From assembly GCA_029939945.1 (NCBI GenBank), contig JAOZRX010000001.1:43384-107383 (forward strand): a DNA stretch of 64,000 bases. Direction: 5' to 3'. The stretch's first letter is position 1. Each line of letters opens with the position of its first letter. Made by a program: the position numbers and the translations under genes. The stretch is from Candidatus Izemoplasma sp. Its GTDB lineage: Bacteria > Bacillota_I > Bacilli_A > Izemoplasmatales > Izemoplasmataceae. The notes under the pieces were generated by a model, which was given only the letters and a program-made list of their open reading frames with translations, was not told the origin of the DNA and ran no database searches. This document shows, one piece after another, positions 1 through 10,360 of the stretch.

Positions 1-1298
1 GTGAAAAAGCTCTTATCCAAGTCTATGAAGGTACCCAAGGAATTTCATTAGAGAATACAAAAACTGCTTTTTTAGGTCATCCTATTCGTATGGGACTTTC
101 AAAAGAAGTTCTTGGACGTGTATTTAGTGGAACAGGAGAACCAATTGATGATTTAGGTCCTATTTTTGTTGATGAGTATAAGGAAGTATATAGTTCACCT
201 TTAAATCCGATCTCTCGGATTTATCCAAGAAACTATATTCATACAGGTATTAGTACTATTGATGCTTTGACAACTTTAATAAGAGGGCAAAAATTACCGA
301 TATTTTCTGATTCAGGAATGCCACATGATAAACTAGCTGTTCAAATTGTAAAACAAGCACAAATTTCAAAAAATGAAAATGATAATTTTTGTATTGTGTT
401 TGCTGCAATGGGGGTTAAAAACGATGTTGCTGATTATTTTAAACGCTCATTTGAGGAAGCTGGAGTACTTGATAAAGTAGTTATGTTTTTGAACTTATCA
501 AACGATCCAATAATTGAAAGAATAATAACACCTAGGTGTGCCTTGACAACAGCGGAATATCTTGCTTTTCAACAGGATATGCACGTACTAGTTATCTTGA
601 CAGATGTTACATCATATTGTGAAGCATTACGTGAATTCTCTTCATCAAAAGGAGAAATTCCTGGACGTAAAGGGTTCCCAGGATATCTTTATTCTGACTT
701 AGCTTCAATATTTGAAAGAGCAGGAATAATTGAACAATCAAAAGGTTCAATAACACAAATTCCAATATTAACTATGCCAAATAACGATATTACTCATCCT
801 ATACCAGATTTAACTGGGTATATTACCGAAGGGCAAATCGTATTAGATAGTGAACTTAAGCAAAAAGGGATATACCCTCCTATGGGAATATTGCCTTCAT
901 TATCACGCTTGATGAAGGACGGAATCGGTGCTGGATATACTAGGGAAGATCATCAAGCTCTAGCAAATCAAATATTTGCTTCATATTCTAAAGTAGGAGA
1001 AGCGAGAAGCTTAGCTTCAGTAATTGGAGAGGATGAATTAAGCCCTGTTGATAAGGCTTATATTGATTTTGGGAATCTATTTGAAAAACATTTTATAAAT
1101 CAAGGGTTCACTGTTTCTCGTTCAATTGAAGAAACACTCGATTTAGGATGGCAACTCTTGAGTATGTTATCAAGAGAAGAACTTAACAGAACAGAAGATA
1201 GATTTTTAGACCAATTCTATAATCATAAACAAGCTGTTGAAGATTTTGGCTTAGAAGAAAAATCAATTATAACATCACTTAAAGAAATAGGTGATTAG
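1..1298 (+). CDS. ntpB: V-type ATP synthase subunit B (5' truncated by window edge)
   Basis: The frame is open from position 3 ([29 protein letters not shown] precedes the listed ATG at 90). Motifs [35 protein letters not shown] and [12 protein letters not shown] are collinear with enterococcal NtpB as I recall it. Confidence 0.95.
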   Translation, partial: EKALIQVYEGTQGISLENTKTAFLGHPIRMGLSKEVLGRVFSGTGEPIDDLGPIFVDEYKEVYSSPLNPISRIYPRNYIHTGISTIDALTTLIRGQKLPIFSDSGMPHDKLAVQIVKQAQISKNENDNFCIVFAAMGVKNDVADYFKRSFEEAGVLDKVVMFLNLSNDPIIERIITPRCALTTAEYLAFQQDMHVLVILTDVTSYCEALREFSSSKGEIPGRKGFPGYLYSDLASIFERAGIIEQSKGSITQIPILTMPNNDITHPIPDLTGYITEGQIVLDSELKQKGIYPPMGILPSLSRLMKDGIGAGYTREDHQALANQIFASYSKVGEARSLASVIGEDELSPVDKAYIDFGNLFEKHFINQGFTVSRSIEETLDLGWQLLSMLSREELNRTEDRFLDQFYNHKQAVEDFGLEEKSIITSLKEIGD

Positions 1299-1910
1299 AT
1301 GGCCCATAAACAAATATTTCCAACAAAAGGAAATCTTATTTCCATCAAGAAATCAAGTGATTTAGCCAAACTAGGTTATGATTTAATGTCACGAAAAAGA
1401 AACATCTTAATTAGAGAAATGATGTCATTATTAGATGATGTAAATAAATTACGTGATGAAATATCGATTACTTATAAAAAAGCGTATCAGGCATTACAAG
1501 AAGCTAATATAACACTTGGTTTTGTTAATGATATTGCAAGAGCAATACCGATAGATAATGGATTAGACATTTCTTTTAGAAGTGTAATGGGAGTAGAAAT
1601 TCCTAAAATCCATTATGAGAAAACAAAAATCAAACTAAAATATGGTATCGCTATGACAAACACTAAGTTTGATTATGCTTTTAGAATGTTTCAAAAGGTT
1701 AGAGATTTAACGATTCTTTTAGCTGAAGTAGATAATAGTGTATTTCGTTTAGCAAACGCTATTAGAAAAGTAACGAAAAGAGAAAATGCTTTGGAAAATA
1801 TTGTTATTCCTGAATTTGATTATCAAATTAAATTCATCTCTGATACATTAGAAGAGAAGGAACGCGAAGATTTAACAAGAAAAAAATTAATAAAACGCAA
1901 TAAAATGTAA
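1299..1910 (+). CDS. ntpD: V-type ATP synthase subunit D
   Basis: Starts 1 nt after the ntpB stop. The 203-aa coiled-coil protein has the N-terminal PTKGNLISIKK motif and C-terminal RENALENIVIPE motif typical of V/A-ATPase central-stalk subunit D. Confidence 0.9.
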   Translation: MAHKQIFPTKGNLISIKKSSDLAKLGYDLMSRKRNILIREMMSLLDDVNKLRDEISITYKKAYQALQEANITLGFVNDIARAIPIDNGLDISFRSVMGVEIPKIHYEKTKIKLKYGIAMTNTKFDYAFRMFQKVRDLTILLAEVDNSVFRLANAIRKVTKRENALENIVIPEFDYQIKFISDTLEEKEREDLTRKKLIKRNKM

Positions 1911-1940
1911 GCGTGAATTATTTCATGCTTACATTTTATT
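1904..1940 (+). terminator. intrinsic terminator after ntpD
   Basis: Stem AATGTAAGCGTGAA / TTCATGCTTACATT overlaps the stop codon and is followed by TTTATT. Confidence 0.6.
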
Positions 1941-2009
1941 ACTATATTGCAAATAGGTATTATTGTTTAATTAAATAACATAATATATTAATATAGAAGG
2001 AGAAAAATT

Positions 2010-2654
2010 ATGATTTATTTTGAAGTTGTATTTGATATACTCTATTTATTTTCCGTCTTTTATTTGGGGTATTTATTATTGAATAAAAGAACTGAAAACA
2101 TCCAATTTTTGATTTTTGGATTAATGGCTTTAACACTTGGGTTTGGAGATATGTTTCATCTTATTCCAAGAGTAATCGGGCATCTTACAACAGGACTTGA
2201 AGATTATACATCCTACTTAGGATTAGGGAAAGCAATAACATCATATACAATGACTGTTTTCTACTTGCTTGTGTTGTTTGCTTATGAAAAAAGATTTGAT
2301 GTAAAAAATGTATTTGTTAGAAGTATTATAGTTAGCCTATTAATTGTGAGAACTATCTTAGCTGTTTTACCTCAAAATGAGTGGCTCACAAATGGAGCGA
2401 CACTAGAATTCCAAATTATTAGAAATATTCCATTTGTTATTATGGGTATCTATTTAGTTTCTATAATCATTATTGAATCATTGAAGAAAAATGATAAAAC
2501 GTTCATAAAAATCGCAGTTGGAATATCACTTAGTTTTTTATTTTATATACCAGTAGTTATTTTTGCACAAAGTATACCTGTAATAGGGGCTTTGATGATG
2601 CCAAAAACATTAGCTTACGTTTATGTTATCTACATCGCATATAAGGAAATATAG
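2010..2654 (+). CDS. polytopic membrane protein, function unknown
   Basis: AAGGAG RBS. The 214-aa protein has about 6-7 hydrophobic helices. A hairpin plus T-run follows at 2659-2689. No recognisable catalytic motif. Confidence 0.6.
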   Translation: MIYFEVVFDILYLFSVFYLGYLLLNKRTENIQFLIFGLMALTLGFGDMFHLIPRVIGHLTTGLEDYTSYLGLGKAITSYTMTVFYLLVLFAYEKRFDVKNVFVRSIIVSLLIVRTILAVLPQNEWLTNGATLEFQIIRNIPFVIMGIYLVSIIIIESLKKNDKTFIKIAVGISLSFLFYIPVVIFAQSIPVIGALMMPKTLAYVYVIYIAYKEI

Positions 2655-2778
2655 TTAACCAAAAAAGATCGATTGGTCTTTTTTTTTTCTGAAATGACAA
2701 TTTTTAAAATATTATCTATTTTTTTCTATTCTTAATAATTGTATAATTATACTAGAGTGAAAAGATAGGAGTGTTTAG

Positions 2779-3945
2779 ATGTTAATAATTAAGAATGCTA
2801 ATTTAATCACAATGGCTAAAGATAATTATGTACTTGGAAGCATAGTGATGGATGGAAAAAAGATTATAGAAGTTGGGAAAGATATTGATTTAAGTAAATA
2901 TAAGGATGCTGAAGTAATTGATGCTTTAGGAAAATTAGTTACACCAGGATTAGTTGATCCACATTGTCATATTGGAGTAATGGAAGAAGGGATCCGTTTT
3001 GAAGGTAATGACACTAACGAAATGAGTGGACCAATTTATCCTGAACTTCGTGGAATAGATAGTATATTTGCTAAAGATATGGCTTTTGATTATACTTATA
3101 AAGCAGGTATTACTACAGTTAATACAGGTCCAGGTAGTGCCAATGTAATTGGGGGTACTTTCTGCGCTATTAAAACTGTTGGTGAAACTGTAGAAGATAT
3201 GGTTATCAAAGAAGAAACAGCTATGAAAATGGCTTTAGGAGAAAACCCTAAAAGAGTTTATGGAACAAATAATAAAAATCCAGGAACACGTATGGCAAGT
3301 GCTGCTTTAATGAGAGAATGGCTTTTTAAAGCTAAAGATTATCATAAAAAATTAAATGCATTTCTTAATAAAGAAGAAGATGCAAAAGAACCACCATTTG
3401 ATATGAAGTTACATTCTTTAATGAGAGTCTTTGATGGAATGATAGTTAAAATACATGCACATCGTAGTGATGACATTATGACTGCTATTAGAATTTCTAA
3501 AGAATTTGGATTAAATACAACAATTGAACATGCAACTGAAGCATATATGATTCCTAAAAGAATTAAACAAGAAAATGTAAGTTTAATCATTGGACCTACA
3601 CTTGGAATGGCTTCAAAATATGAGTTAATAAACAAAACATATAAATCTGCAAAAGTTTTAGAAGATAATGATATAACATTTGCAATAATGACAGACCACC
3701 CTGTTATTACATTAGATACTATGTTAGTTCAAGCTGCATTATTTATTAAAGAAGGTTTAAGTGAAATGAAAGCATTAGAAGCTTTAACAATTACAGCAGC
3801 TAAACTAAACGGTATTGAAGACAGAGTTGGCTCTTTAGAAGTAGGAAAAGATGCCGATGTTGTTGTATGGGATGGACCTATTTTCGACATAATGACAAGA
3901 ACAGAATATGTTGTAATTGATGGAAGAATAGTACACCAAAAATAA
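2779..3945 (+). CDS. metal-dependent amidohydrolase family protein
   Basis: N-terminal GLVDPHCHIG (HxH metal motif), later HAH and a C-terminal VGKDADVVVWD motif typical of the amidohydrolase superfamily (TIM-barrel hydrolases). A terminator follows at 3944-3970. Confidence 0.8.
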   Translation: MLIIKNANLITMAKDNYVLGSIVMDGKKIIEVGKDIDLSKYKDAEVIDALGKLVTPGLVDPHCHIGVMEEGIRFEGNDTNEMSGPIYPELRGIDSIFAKDMAFDYTYKAGITTVNTGPGSANVIGGTFCAIKTVGETVEDMVIKEETAMKMALGENPKRVYGTNNKNPGTRMASAALMREWLFKAKDYHKKLNAFLNKEEDAKEPPFDMKLHSLMRVFDGMIVKIHAHRSDDIMTAIRISKEFGLNTTIEHATEAYMIPKRIKQENVSLIIGPTLGMASKYELINKTYKSAKVLEDNDITFAIMTDHPVITLDTMLVQAALFIKEGLSEMKALEALTITAAKLNGIEDRVGSLEVGKDADVVVWDGPIFDIMTRTEYVVIDGRIVHQK

Positions 3946-4037
3946 AAGTGCAATTTTTTGCACTTTTTTCTTTAAAAATATATAAATATGAAAGCGCTTT
4001 ATGATATAATTTATATGTAAATAAACGAGGTGATCAA

Positions 4038-4352
4038 ATGCGAATAAAAGAACATCCCATTTTAAAATTTGAAGAAAAGAAAAAACTTTCTTTTTTCTTT
4101 GATGGGAAAGAAGTGTATGGGTATGAAGGAGACACTGTAGCATCAGCATTACATGCATTGGGTGTCAAAGTATTAAGTCACAGCATTGAACTCCATAGAC
4201 CACGTGGATTTTATTGTGCAATTGGTAACTGCTCATCATGTATGATGATTGTTGATGGCAAACCAAATGTAAAAACTTGTGTAACTCAATTACTTGAAAA
4301 TATGGTAGTTAAAACACAAGTAAATAAAGGTGATATTTATGAAGCAAATTGA
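4038..4352 (+). CDS. (2Fe-2S)-binding small subunit (HcnA / sarcosine-oxidase-alpha N-terminal-like)
   Basis: 104 aa. Has the G(Y)EGDTVASAL motif and the Cys cluster CAIGNCSSCMM...C. First gene of a coupled five-gene cluster. Confidence 0.75.
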   Translation: MRIKEHPILKFEEKKKLSFFFDGKEVYGYEGDTVASALHALGVKVLSHSIELHRPRGFYCAIGNCSSCMMIVDGKPNVKTCVTQLLENMVVKTQVNKGDIYEAN

Positions 4353-5418
4353 TCTTGTAATAATTGGTGGTGGACCTGCTGGATTATCTGCTGCAAAAAT
4401 GGCAGCCGAATCAGGGCTTGCATCATTAATAGTAGAACGTAATTTCAATGTTGGTGGTCAACTTGTGAAACAAACTCACATGTTCTTTGGAAGCGAAAAA
4501 CAATATGCTAAAACACGGGGTATTGATATTGCTAAAATTCTTGTTGATGATGTCTTAAAATTTCCTGATTTAATCGAGATAATGACTGATACTTCAGTAG
4601 TAGGTTTATACAAAGATAAAGTAGTAACTTTACTTCAAAAAGAGAAATATATTAAGGTTAAAACTAATGCCATAATTATTGCTACAGGAGCTAGTGAAAA
4701 AGTTCTTGCTTTTGAGAATAATGATCTCCCTGGAATATATGGAGCTGGTGCAGTTCAAACTTTGATGAATGTTCACGGAGTACTTCCAGGTAATGATGTT
4801 GTTATGGTAGGAAGTGGAAATATTGGACTAATAGTGAGTTACCAATTGATTCAAGCTGGAGTAAATGTTAAATGTGTGCTTGAGGCAGCTAGCACAATTG
4901 GTGGATACAAAGTTCACGCTTCAAAACTGAAAAGATTAGGTGTTGACATATTAACATCTCATTCAATAAAAAAAGCAATTGGAAAAAACTATTTAGAGAA
5001 AATCGTTATAGGTAAACTTGATGACAAATGGAAATTTATTGAAGGTACTGAAGAGGAAATAGAAGTAGACTCTTTATGTATTAGTGTAGGACTAAGTCCT
5101 CTATCAAATTTACTCAGCATGATTGGAGTAGATATGAAGTATGTAAGTACTTTAGGGGGACTTGTTCCTCTAATTGATAAAAACCATGAAACATCAATAA
5201 AAAATATTTTTGTAGCTGGTGATGTTTGTGGCGTTGAAGAAGCTAGTAGTGCAATTGTAGAGGGTTATCTAACAGGACTTGTAGTCGCAGAAAAGCTCGG
5301 ATTTAAACATCCTAATTATGATGAGTTATATCTTGATTTTAAGGATCAACTTCACAATTTAAGAAGTGGACCATTTGGAGAAAAATTAAGACTTGGCTTA
5401 CAAGAGATTATGAGGTGA
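4339..5418 (+). CDS. FAD/NAD(P)-binding pyridine nucleotide-disulfide oxidoreductase-like subunit
   Basis: Rossmann dinucleotide motifs VIIGGGPAGLSAA and VMVGSGNIGL, plus C-terminal FVAGDV. I prefer ATG 4339 (RBS AAAGGTG 6 nt upstream) over the listed GTG 4330. Confidence 0.8.
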   Translation: MKQIDLVIIGGGPAGLSAAKMAAESGLASLIVERNFNVGGQLVKQTHMFFGSEKQYAKTRGIDIAKILVDDVLKFPDLIEIMTDTSVVGLYKDKVVTLLQKEKYIKVKTNAIIIATGASEKVLAFENNDLPGIYGAGAVQTLMNVHGVLPGNDVVMVGSGNIGLIVSYQLIQAGVNVKCVLEAASTIGGYKVHASKLKRLGVDILTSHSIKKAIGKNYLEKIVIGKLDDKWKFIEGTEEEIEVDSLCISVGLSPLSNLLSMIGVDMKYVSTLGGLVPLIDKNHETSIKNIFVAGDVCGVEEASSAIVEGYLTGLVVAEKLGFKHPNYDELYLDFKDQLHNLRSGPFGEKLRLGLQEIMR

Positions 5419-5422
5419 TGAT

Positions 5423-5905
5423 ATGTTAAATACAAATGGTGTGCCTGATAAAGCATTAATAAAAACGAAATTTCCTGATGAGAAGTATTTAATTAAACCT
5501 TTAGCAATTACAGAATGTTATGAAAAAATACCTTGTAACCCTTGTTCTACAAGTTGTCCGTTTGATGCAATATATATCGGAGAAGATATAAACACAGCAC
5601 CTATTGTAGATTTTGAAAAATGTACAGGATGTGGAATATGTGTTTATAACTGTCCTGGACTTGCAATTTTTATTGTTCAAAAATTAAATGAAGAAAACGC
5701 TAGATTTAAAATACCTTATGAGTTAAGACCACTTCCAATAAAAGGTGAAACATGGAGTGGAGTTAACCGTGCAGGAGAAATTATAACAAAAGTCTTAATT
5801 GAAAAAGTATCTTTAACAAATAGACACGATAGAACTGCTCTTATCCAAGTACTAGTCCCTCTTGAATATATTAATGATTTTGTAACTATAAGGAGACAAA
5901 TATGA
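5423..5905 (+). CDS. 4Fe-4S ferredoxin-domain subunit
   Basis: CNPCSTSCP and CTGCGICVYNCP cluster motifs. GAGGTG RBS. Confidence 0.75.
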   Translation: MLNTNGVPDKALIKTKFPDEKYLIKPLAITECYEKIPCNPCSTSCPFDAIYIGEDINTAPIVDFEKCTGCGICVYNCPGLAIFIVQKLNEENARFKIPYELRPLPIKGETWSGVNRAGEIITKVLIEKVSLTNRHDRTALIQVLVPLEYINDFVTIRRQI

Positions 5906-6183
5906 ATAAAAAAGATGTTATAATTTGTCGTTGTGAGGATGTTACTTTAGAAGATCTTCACAATCTATTAGAAGAAGGATATACATCTTTCGAAGAAATC
6001 AAAAGAATCTTAAGAGTAGGGATGGGACCTTGCCAGGGAAATACATGTGGTCAACTAGTGCAAAGAGAATTAGCTAAGTTTACAAACACTCCAATAAATG
6101 AAATTCCAACACATAAAGTGAGACCCCTAATTACTGGTGTTAAACTAAAAGCAATAGTAGAGGCAACGAAAAATGAAAGCTAA
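5902..6183 (+). CDS. BFD-like (2Fe-2S)-binding small subunit
   Basis: 93 aa with CRCEDVT ... GPCQGNTC, the pattern of BFD-like [2Fe-2S] domains. Its start overlaps the upstream stop. Confidence 0.7.
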   Translation: MNKKDVIICRCEDVTLEDLHNLLEEGYTSFEEIKRILRVGMGPCQGNTCGQLVQRELAKFTNTPINEIPTHKVRPLITGVKLKAIVEATKNES

Positions 6184-7318
6184 CATTGTAATTGTAGGCG
6201 CAGGAATTAGTGGAGTAGCTATAGCGTATAATTTAGCTAAAAAAGGTGTTAAAGAAATAGTAGTATTTGATGATAATTATTTATCAGGTGGAGCAACTGG
6301 TAGATGTGGTGCAGGAATCAGACAACAGTGGGGAACAAAAAACAACTGTATTCTGGCTAAGAAAAGCGTTGAATTCTTTGAAACTGCCCAAGAAGAATTA
6401 GGATATCCTCGAGATATTGAATTTAAACAAGAAGGATATTTAGTTGTTGCTACAACAAAAGAAGAAGATATCCAATTTGCAAAGAATGTAATATTACAAA
6501 ACAGTTTAGGAATTCCGGCAAAAGTATTAACTCCAGAAGAAGCCCAAGGTATTGTGCCTCATCTGAATTTAGATATCGTTACGAGCGCAACCTTTTGTCC
6601 AACTGATGGACATCTAAATCCGTTCAAAGTAACAGACGCCTACTACTTAGCTGCGAAAAGACTTGGAGTTAAATTCTTCTATGAGGAAAAAGTTAAAGAA
6701 ATTATTGTTAAGAATAAAAAGATAGTAAAAGTCGTAACTGATAACTATGAAGTAATCACTAATAAAGTAGTTAATGCTGCTGGGGGGTATGCTAAAGAAG
6801 TTGGGGATATGGTAGGTATTGATATTCCAGTATACTCAGAAAATCATGAAATACTTGTAACTGAACCAATTGAAAAAATACAAGGACCAATGGTGATTTC
6901 ATTTTCTAAAAATATTTACTGCCAACAAGTACCACACGGAAGCTTTATAATGGGTCGAAGTGATCCCGATATGCCAAAAGGACATAATACCGATTCAAGT
7001 TGGCATTTCTTAGATGAAATGGCAAAGACAGTAGTTGAAATTTTACCACCTATTGGCGATTTAAGAGTAATTAGACAATGGGGAGGACTATATAATTTAA
7101 GTCCGGACAGACAACCAATTATTAGTGATGTTAAAGAATTACCTGGATTCTACTTAGCTTGTGGATTTAGTGGACATGGATTTATGTTTGCACCAATGAC
7201 TGGTTTACTTTTATCAGAAATTATCTTAGGTGAAAAAACAACCTTAGATACGACTGATTTACATATTGATCGTTTCAAAAACAGTGATTTCAAAGATTAT
7301 GAAAAAAGTGTTGTATAG
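6173..7318 (+). CDS. FAD-dependent amine/amino-acid dehydrogenase subunit (DAO family; sarcosine oxidase beta / proline dehydrogenase beta / HcnC-like)
   Basis: N-terminal VIVGAGISGVAIAY FAD fingerprint, C-terminal GFSGHGFMFAP motif, 381 aa. Confidence 0.85.
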   Translation: MKANIVIVGAGISGVAIAYNLAKKGVKEIVVFDDNYLSGGATGRCGAGIRQQWGTKNNCILAKKSVEFFETAQEELGYPRDIEFKQEGYLVVATTKEEDIQFAKNVILQNSLGIPAKVLTPEEAQGIVPHLNLDIVTSATFCPTDGHLNPFKVTDAYYLAAKRLGVKFFYEEKVKEIIVKNKKIVKVVTDNYEVITNKVVNAAGGYAKEVGDMVGIDIPVYSENHEILVTEPIEKIQGPMVISFSKNIYCQQVPHGSFIMGRSDPDMPKGHNTDSSWHFLDEMAKTVVEILPPIGDLRVIRQWGGLYNLSPDRQPIISDVKELPGFYLACGFSGHGFMFAPMTGLLLSEIILGEKTTLDTTDLHIDRFKNSDFKDYEKSVV

Positions 7319-7333
7319 AGAGGAGATTTACTA

Positions 7334-8890
7334 ATGGGAACTTATTTATATCAAACAGAACCTTTATTAGATTTTACTAATGAAGAAGTAATTAAAAAGT
7401 ATAAAGAAGGATTAAAATTAGTTGAAGGTTATTTAGGAGAAACATATCCATTAATTATAAATGGAGAAAAAAGAATTACTAATGAATTATATACATCAGT
7501 TAATCCAAGTAATCATTCTGAAGTAATTGGTAAGATTTACCAAGCAACTATCAATGATGCTGAAGATGCTATGAATGCAGCTTTAGTTGCATTCGAATCA
7601 TGGAAAAAAGTTAAAGCTAGCACACGTGCTGATGTCTTATTTAAATCAGCTGCAATTATTCGTAAACGTAAGTATGAATTTAGCGCTTTAATGACTAAAG
7701 AAGCTGGTAAGCCATGGCCTGAAGCTGATGCTGATACAGCTGAAGCAATTGATTTTTTAGAATATTATGGACGTCAAATGATGGAATTAACGACTGCAGA
7801 TAATAAAACTTTAAGTAGAAGAAACCTTGAAAGAAATGAATACAAATATATACCTCTTGGAGTAGCTGCTGTTATTACACCTTGGAATTTCCCTCTTGCA
7901 ATATTATCTGGTATGACAAGTGCTGCTGTAGTTGGAGGAAATACTGTATTATTAAAACCAGCAATAACAACTCAAGTAATTGCTTATAAATTTGTGGAAG
8001 TATTAGAAGAAGCAGGACTTCCAAAGGGTGTAGTTAACTTTATTCCAGGTGATGGACCTGAAATTGGAGACTACATGGTTAAGCATATCAAAACAAGATT
8101 TATATCATTCACAGGTAGTAGAGCAGTTGGGTGTTTAATTAATGAAAATGCAGCAAAAGTAAGAAAAGGACAAATTTGGCTAAAAAGAGTTATCGCTGAA
8201 ATGGGTGGGAAAGATGCTATTGTTGTAGACAACGATGCAGATTTAGATTTGGCAGCTGTTTCAATAGTCAAAAGTTCATTTGGGTTTAGTGGACAAAAAT
8301 GTAGCGCATGTTCACGCGCTATTGTCCATGAAGATGTCTATGATGAAATTGTCGCAAAAGTACTAAAACAAACACAAGAATTAACTTACGGTGACGTGAC
8401 AGATTTCAATAACTTTATGGGTCCTGTGACAGATCAAAAAGCATTTGATAAAATTATGGGTTATGTTGAAATTGGTAAAAAAGAAGGCAAACTAATTACT
8501 GGAGGAATTGGAGACGATTCTAAAGGATGGTTCATTCAACCTACAGTATTTATCGATGTAGATTCTAATGCAAGAATTGCTCAAGAAGAAGTATTTGGTC
8601 CTTTCCTTTCAATTACAAAGGTTAAATCTTTTGAAGAAGCAATGGATGTAGCAAATGGAACTGATTATGGATTAACTGGAGCTGTTATCTCGAACAATAG
8701 AGAACATCTAGAAATAGCTAGAGAAGATTTCCATGTTGGGAATCTGTATCTTAACCGTAAATGTACTGGTGCAATTGTAGGATATCAACCATTTGGTGGA
8801 TTTAATATGTCGGGAACCGACTCAAAAGCAGGCGGGCCTGAATATTTAATACTTCACATGCAAGCAAAATCAATCGCAGAAATGTTATGA
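7334..8890 (+). CDS. rocA: 1-pyrroline-5-carboxylate (L-glutamate gamma-semialdehyde) dehydrogenase
   Basis: 518-aa aldehyde dehydrogenase with EMGGKDA and the catalytic Cys in GQKCSACSR. The N-terminal [10 protein letters not shown]...YPLIINGEK resembles Bacillus RocA/PutC-type P5CDH. Confidence 0.9.
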   Translation: MGTYLYQTEPLLDFTNEEVIKKYKEGLKLVEGYLGETYPLIINGEKRITNELYTSVNPSNHSEVIGKIYQATINDAEDAMNAALVAFESWKKVKASTRADVLFKSAAIIRKRKYEFSALMTKEAGKPWPEADADTAEAIDFLEYYGRQMMELTTADNKTLSRRNLERNEYKYIPLGVAAVITPWNFPLAILSGMTSAAVVGGNTVLLKPAITTQVIAYKFVEVLEEAGLPKGVVNFIPGDGPEIGDYMVKHIKTRFISFTGSRAVGCLINENAAKVRKGQIWLKRVIAEMGGKDAIVVDNDADLDLAAVSIVKSSFGFSGQKCSACSRAIVHEDVYDEIVAKVLKQTQELTYGDVTDFNNFMGPVTDQKAFDKIMGYVEIGKKEGKLITGGIGDDSKGWFIQPTVFIDVDSNARIAQEEVFGPFLSITKVKSFEEAMDVANGTDYGLTGAVISNNREHLEIAREDFHVGNLYLNRKCTGAIVGYQPFGGFNMSGTDSKAGGPEYLILHMQAKSIAEML

Positions 8891-8990
8891 TAATAATCAT
8901 CCAGAGATGGATGATTATTTATTGTCTGTGATTTTTTTGTTATTAGGAGTTATATATAGTAATATAGAAGAGGATGAAGAGGTGGGAAAA

Positions 8991-10262
8991 ATGGTAGATT
9001 TTAATAAAATTGAGAAGAACAATATTAAGATGCTAGGAATCTTAGTTAGATATAATCGTGTGAAAAAAGGATTCTCTTTGAGAGATTTAGCCCAACTCAC
9101 TAATATTTCTCATACATTAATATCGAATTTTGAAAAAGGTCAAGTAATTCCTCATAGAGATATAATAAAGGATATCTTTGATAAACTTGATTTAACCTTT
9201 TATGATAGCCCTGATATTTCAATTAAATTTAGGAAATTATATGATAAAATATTTCATCATATTCTTTATTATGAATATGCAGCTGCTGCAATCCTGATAA
9301 AAGAGATAGAAAAAGATCGTGAAACATATGAAAATAGTGTTGAAGTTATCAATGTAGCAATAATTAGATGCTTGTATTATACAATAGCAAATATTTTCTC
9401 ATCAGATAAAGATGAGTTAATTTCTCAATATGAAATTGTTCTAGATTTCTTTTCTCCAAATCAAAAACAGCTATTCTACTTTATTAAAGGGTTAGATTTG
9501 CTTAATCAAGAATCATATCGGGAATCTAGAGATAATTTTGAAATCGCCTTAAGCATGGGGGATGAAAATCTTGATTTATTGATAAAGGATTACTATGTTG
9601 TAACTTTGAGTAAATCAAGTAAGTATGTGGATGTGTGGAGAATATCCTCAGAATCTATTAAAAAATTCGAAGCTAATGCTAATTATATTAGAGCAATGAG
9701 ACTTCGTACTCGTATTGCTCATGACTATATTAGAATATTAAAGTACAAAGACGCAATCGATATCTATAATAAGGTATTAGAATTTGCAAAAAAATACAAA
9801 GTAAAAGACCTAGAAAACAGATGTAATACTTACTTAGGATTTATCGCAATTTTAAATGAGGATATGAAATTAGGTGAGAAGTATATTAACAGAGTTAAAC
9901 CACCTTATGAAAAGATTTATTACTATTTAAAATTTGATATTGCAGCTAAGAAAAATAACGATGAACAATTCTTGAAATTGTATAATGAGTATATCTCTTT
10001 AGACTGGGTACAAAAGTCGGCAAAAACAAAGAGATTTTTCGAAATGATTATAATGAGATATGATGAAAAATATATGGATAAAAATAAATACATAAAGAAC
10101 GCAGAAGAACTTATCAAATTGGGATTCAAGTCAGATGACGCTCAATTAATTGAAACTGCATGTCAATTTCTAATGAATGTATACAAGAAAGATAGACACT
10201 ATAAACAAGCATTAGAAGTCAATGAGAGATATTTACATTATATTAAATATGATACTAGATAA
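8991..10262 (+). CDS. XRE-family HTH transcriptional regulator with long helical-repeat (TPR-like) C-terminal domain
   Basis: HTH segment GFSLRDLAQLTNISHTLISNFEKGQ, followed by about 340 aa of helical repeats. I prefer ATG 8991 (RBS GAGGTGGG) over the listed ATG 8907, whose extension is hydrophobic and acidic filler. Confidence 0.7.
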   Translation: MVDFNKIEKNNIKMLGILVRYNRVKKGFSLRDLAQLTNISHTLISNFEKGQVIPHRDIIKDIFDKLDLTFYDSPDISIKFRKLYDKIFHHILYYEYAAAAILIKEIEKDRETYENSVEVINVAIIRCLYYTIANIFSSDKDELISQYEIVLDFFSPNQKQLFYFIKGLDLLNQESYRESRDNFEIALSMGDENLDLLIKDYYVVTLSKSSKYVDVWRISSESIKKFEANANYIRAMRLRTRIAHDYIRILKYKDAIDIYNKVLEFAKKYKVKDLENRCNTYLGFIAILNEDMKLGEKYINRVKPPYEKIYYYLKFDIAAKKNNDEQFLKLYNEYISLDWVQKSAKTKRFFEMIIMRYDEKYMDKNKYIKNAEELIKLGFKSDDAQLIETACQFLMNVYKKDRHYKQALEVNERYLHYIKYDTR

Positions 10263-10360
10263 GACAAATTAATTCACTAGTAAATCTATGCTAATTTACA
10301 AAGAGGTTTAAAATATAATTTTATACACTATATTGTTGTGATGTAAAGTAACATAAAAAT

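Noticed and set aside
3342-4158. Three minus-strand ORFs (3342-3635, 3729-3953, 3835-4158). Similar short antisense ORFs occur at 8071, 8915, 9923, 10752, 10799, 11261, 15765, 17287, 18279, 28306, 34510, 37597, 38588, 38980, 41758, 46524, 56322, 57778, 59512 and 63749.
   Set aside because: All are nested in or overlap longer motif-supported genes on the other strand, or cross terminators. None has a convincing RBS.
8907-8990. Listed N-terminal extensions of several ORFs (8907, 14275, 15527, 26341 minus, 45814 minus, 46027, 46885, 52305, 53426, 12960, 39008, 4330)
   Set aside because: In each case an internal ATG with a properly spaced Shine-Dalgarno motif gives a protein beginning at the expected family N-terminus. 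Several of the extensions cross terminators or overlap the upstream gene.
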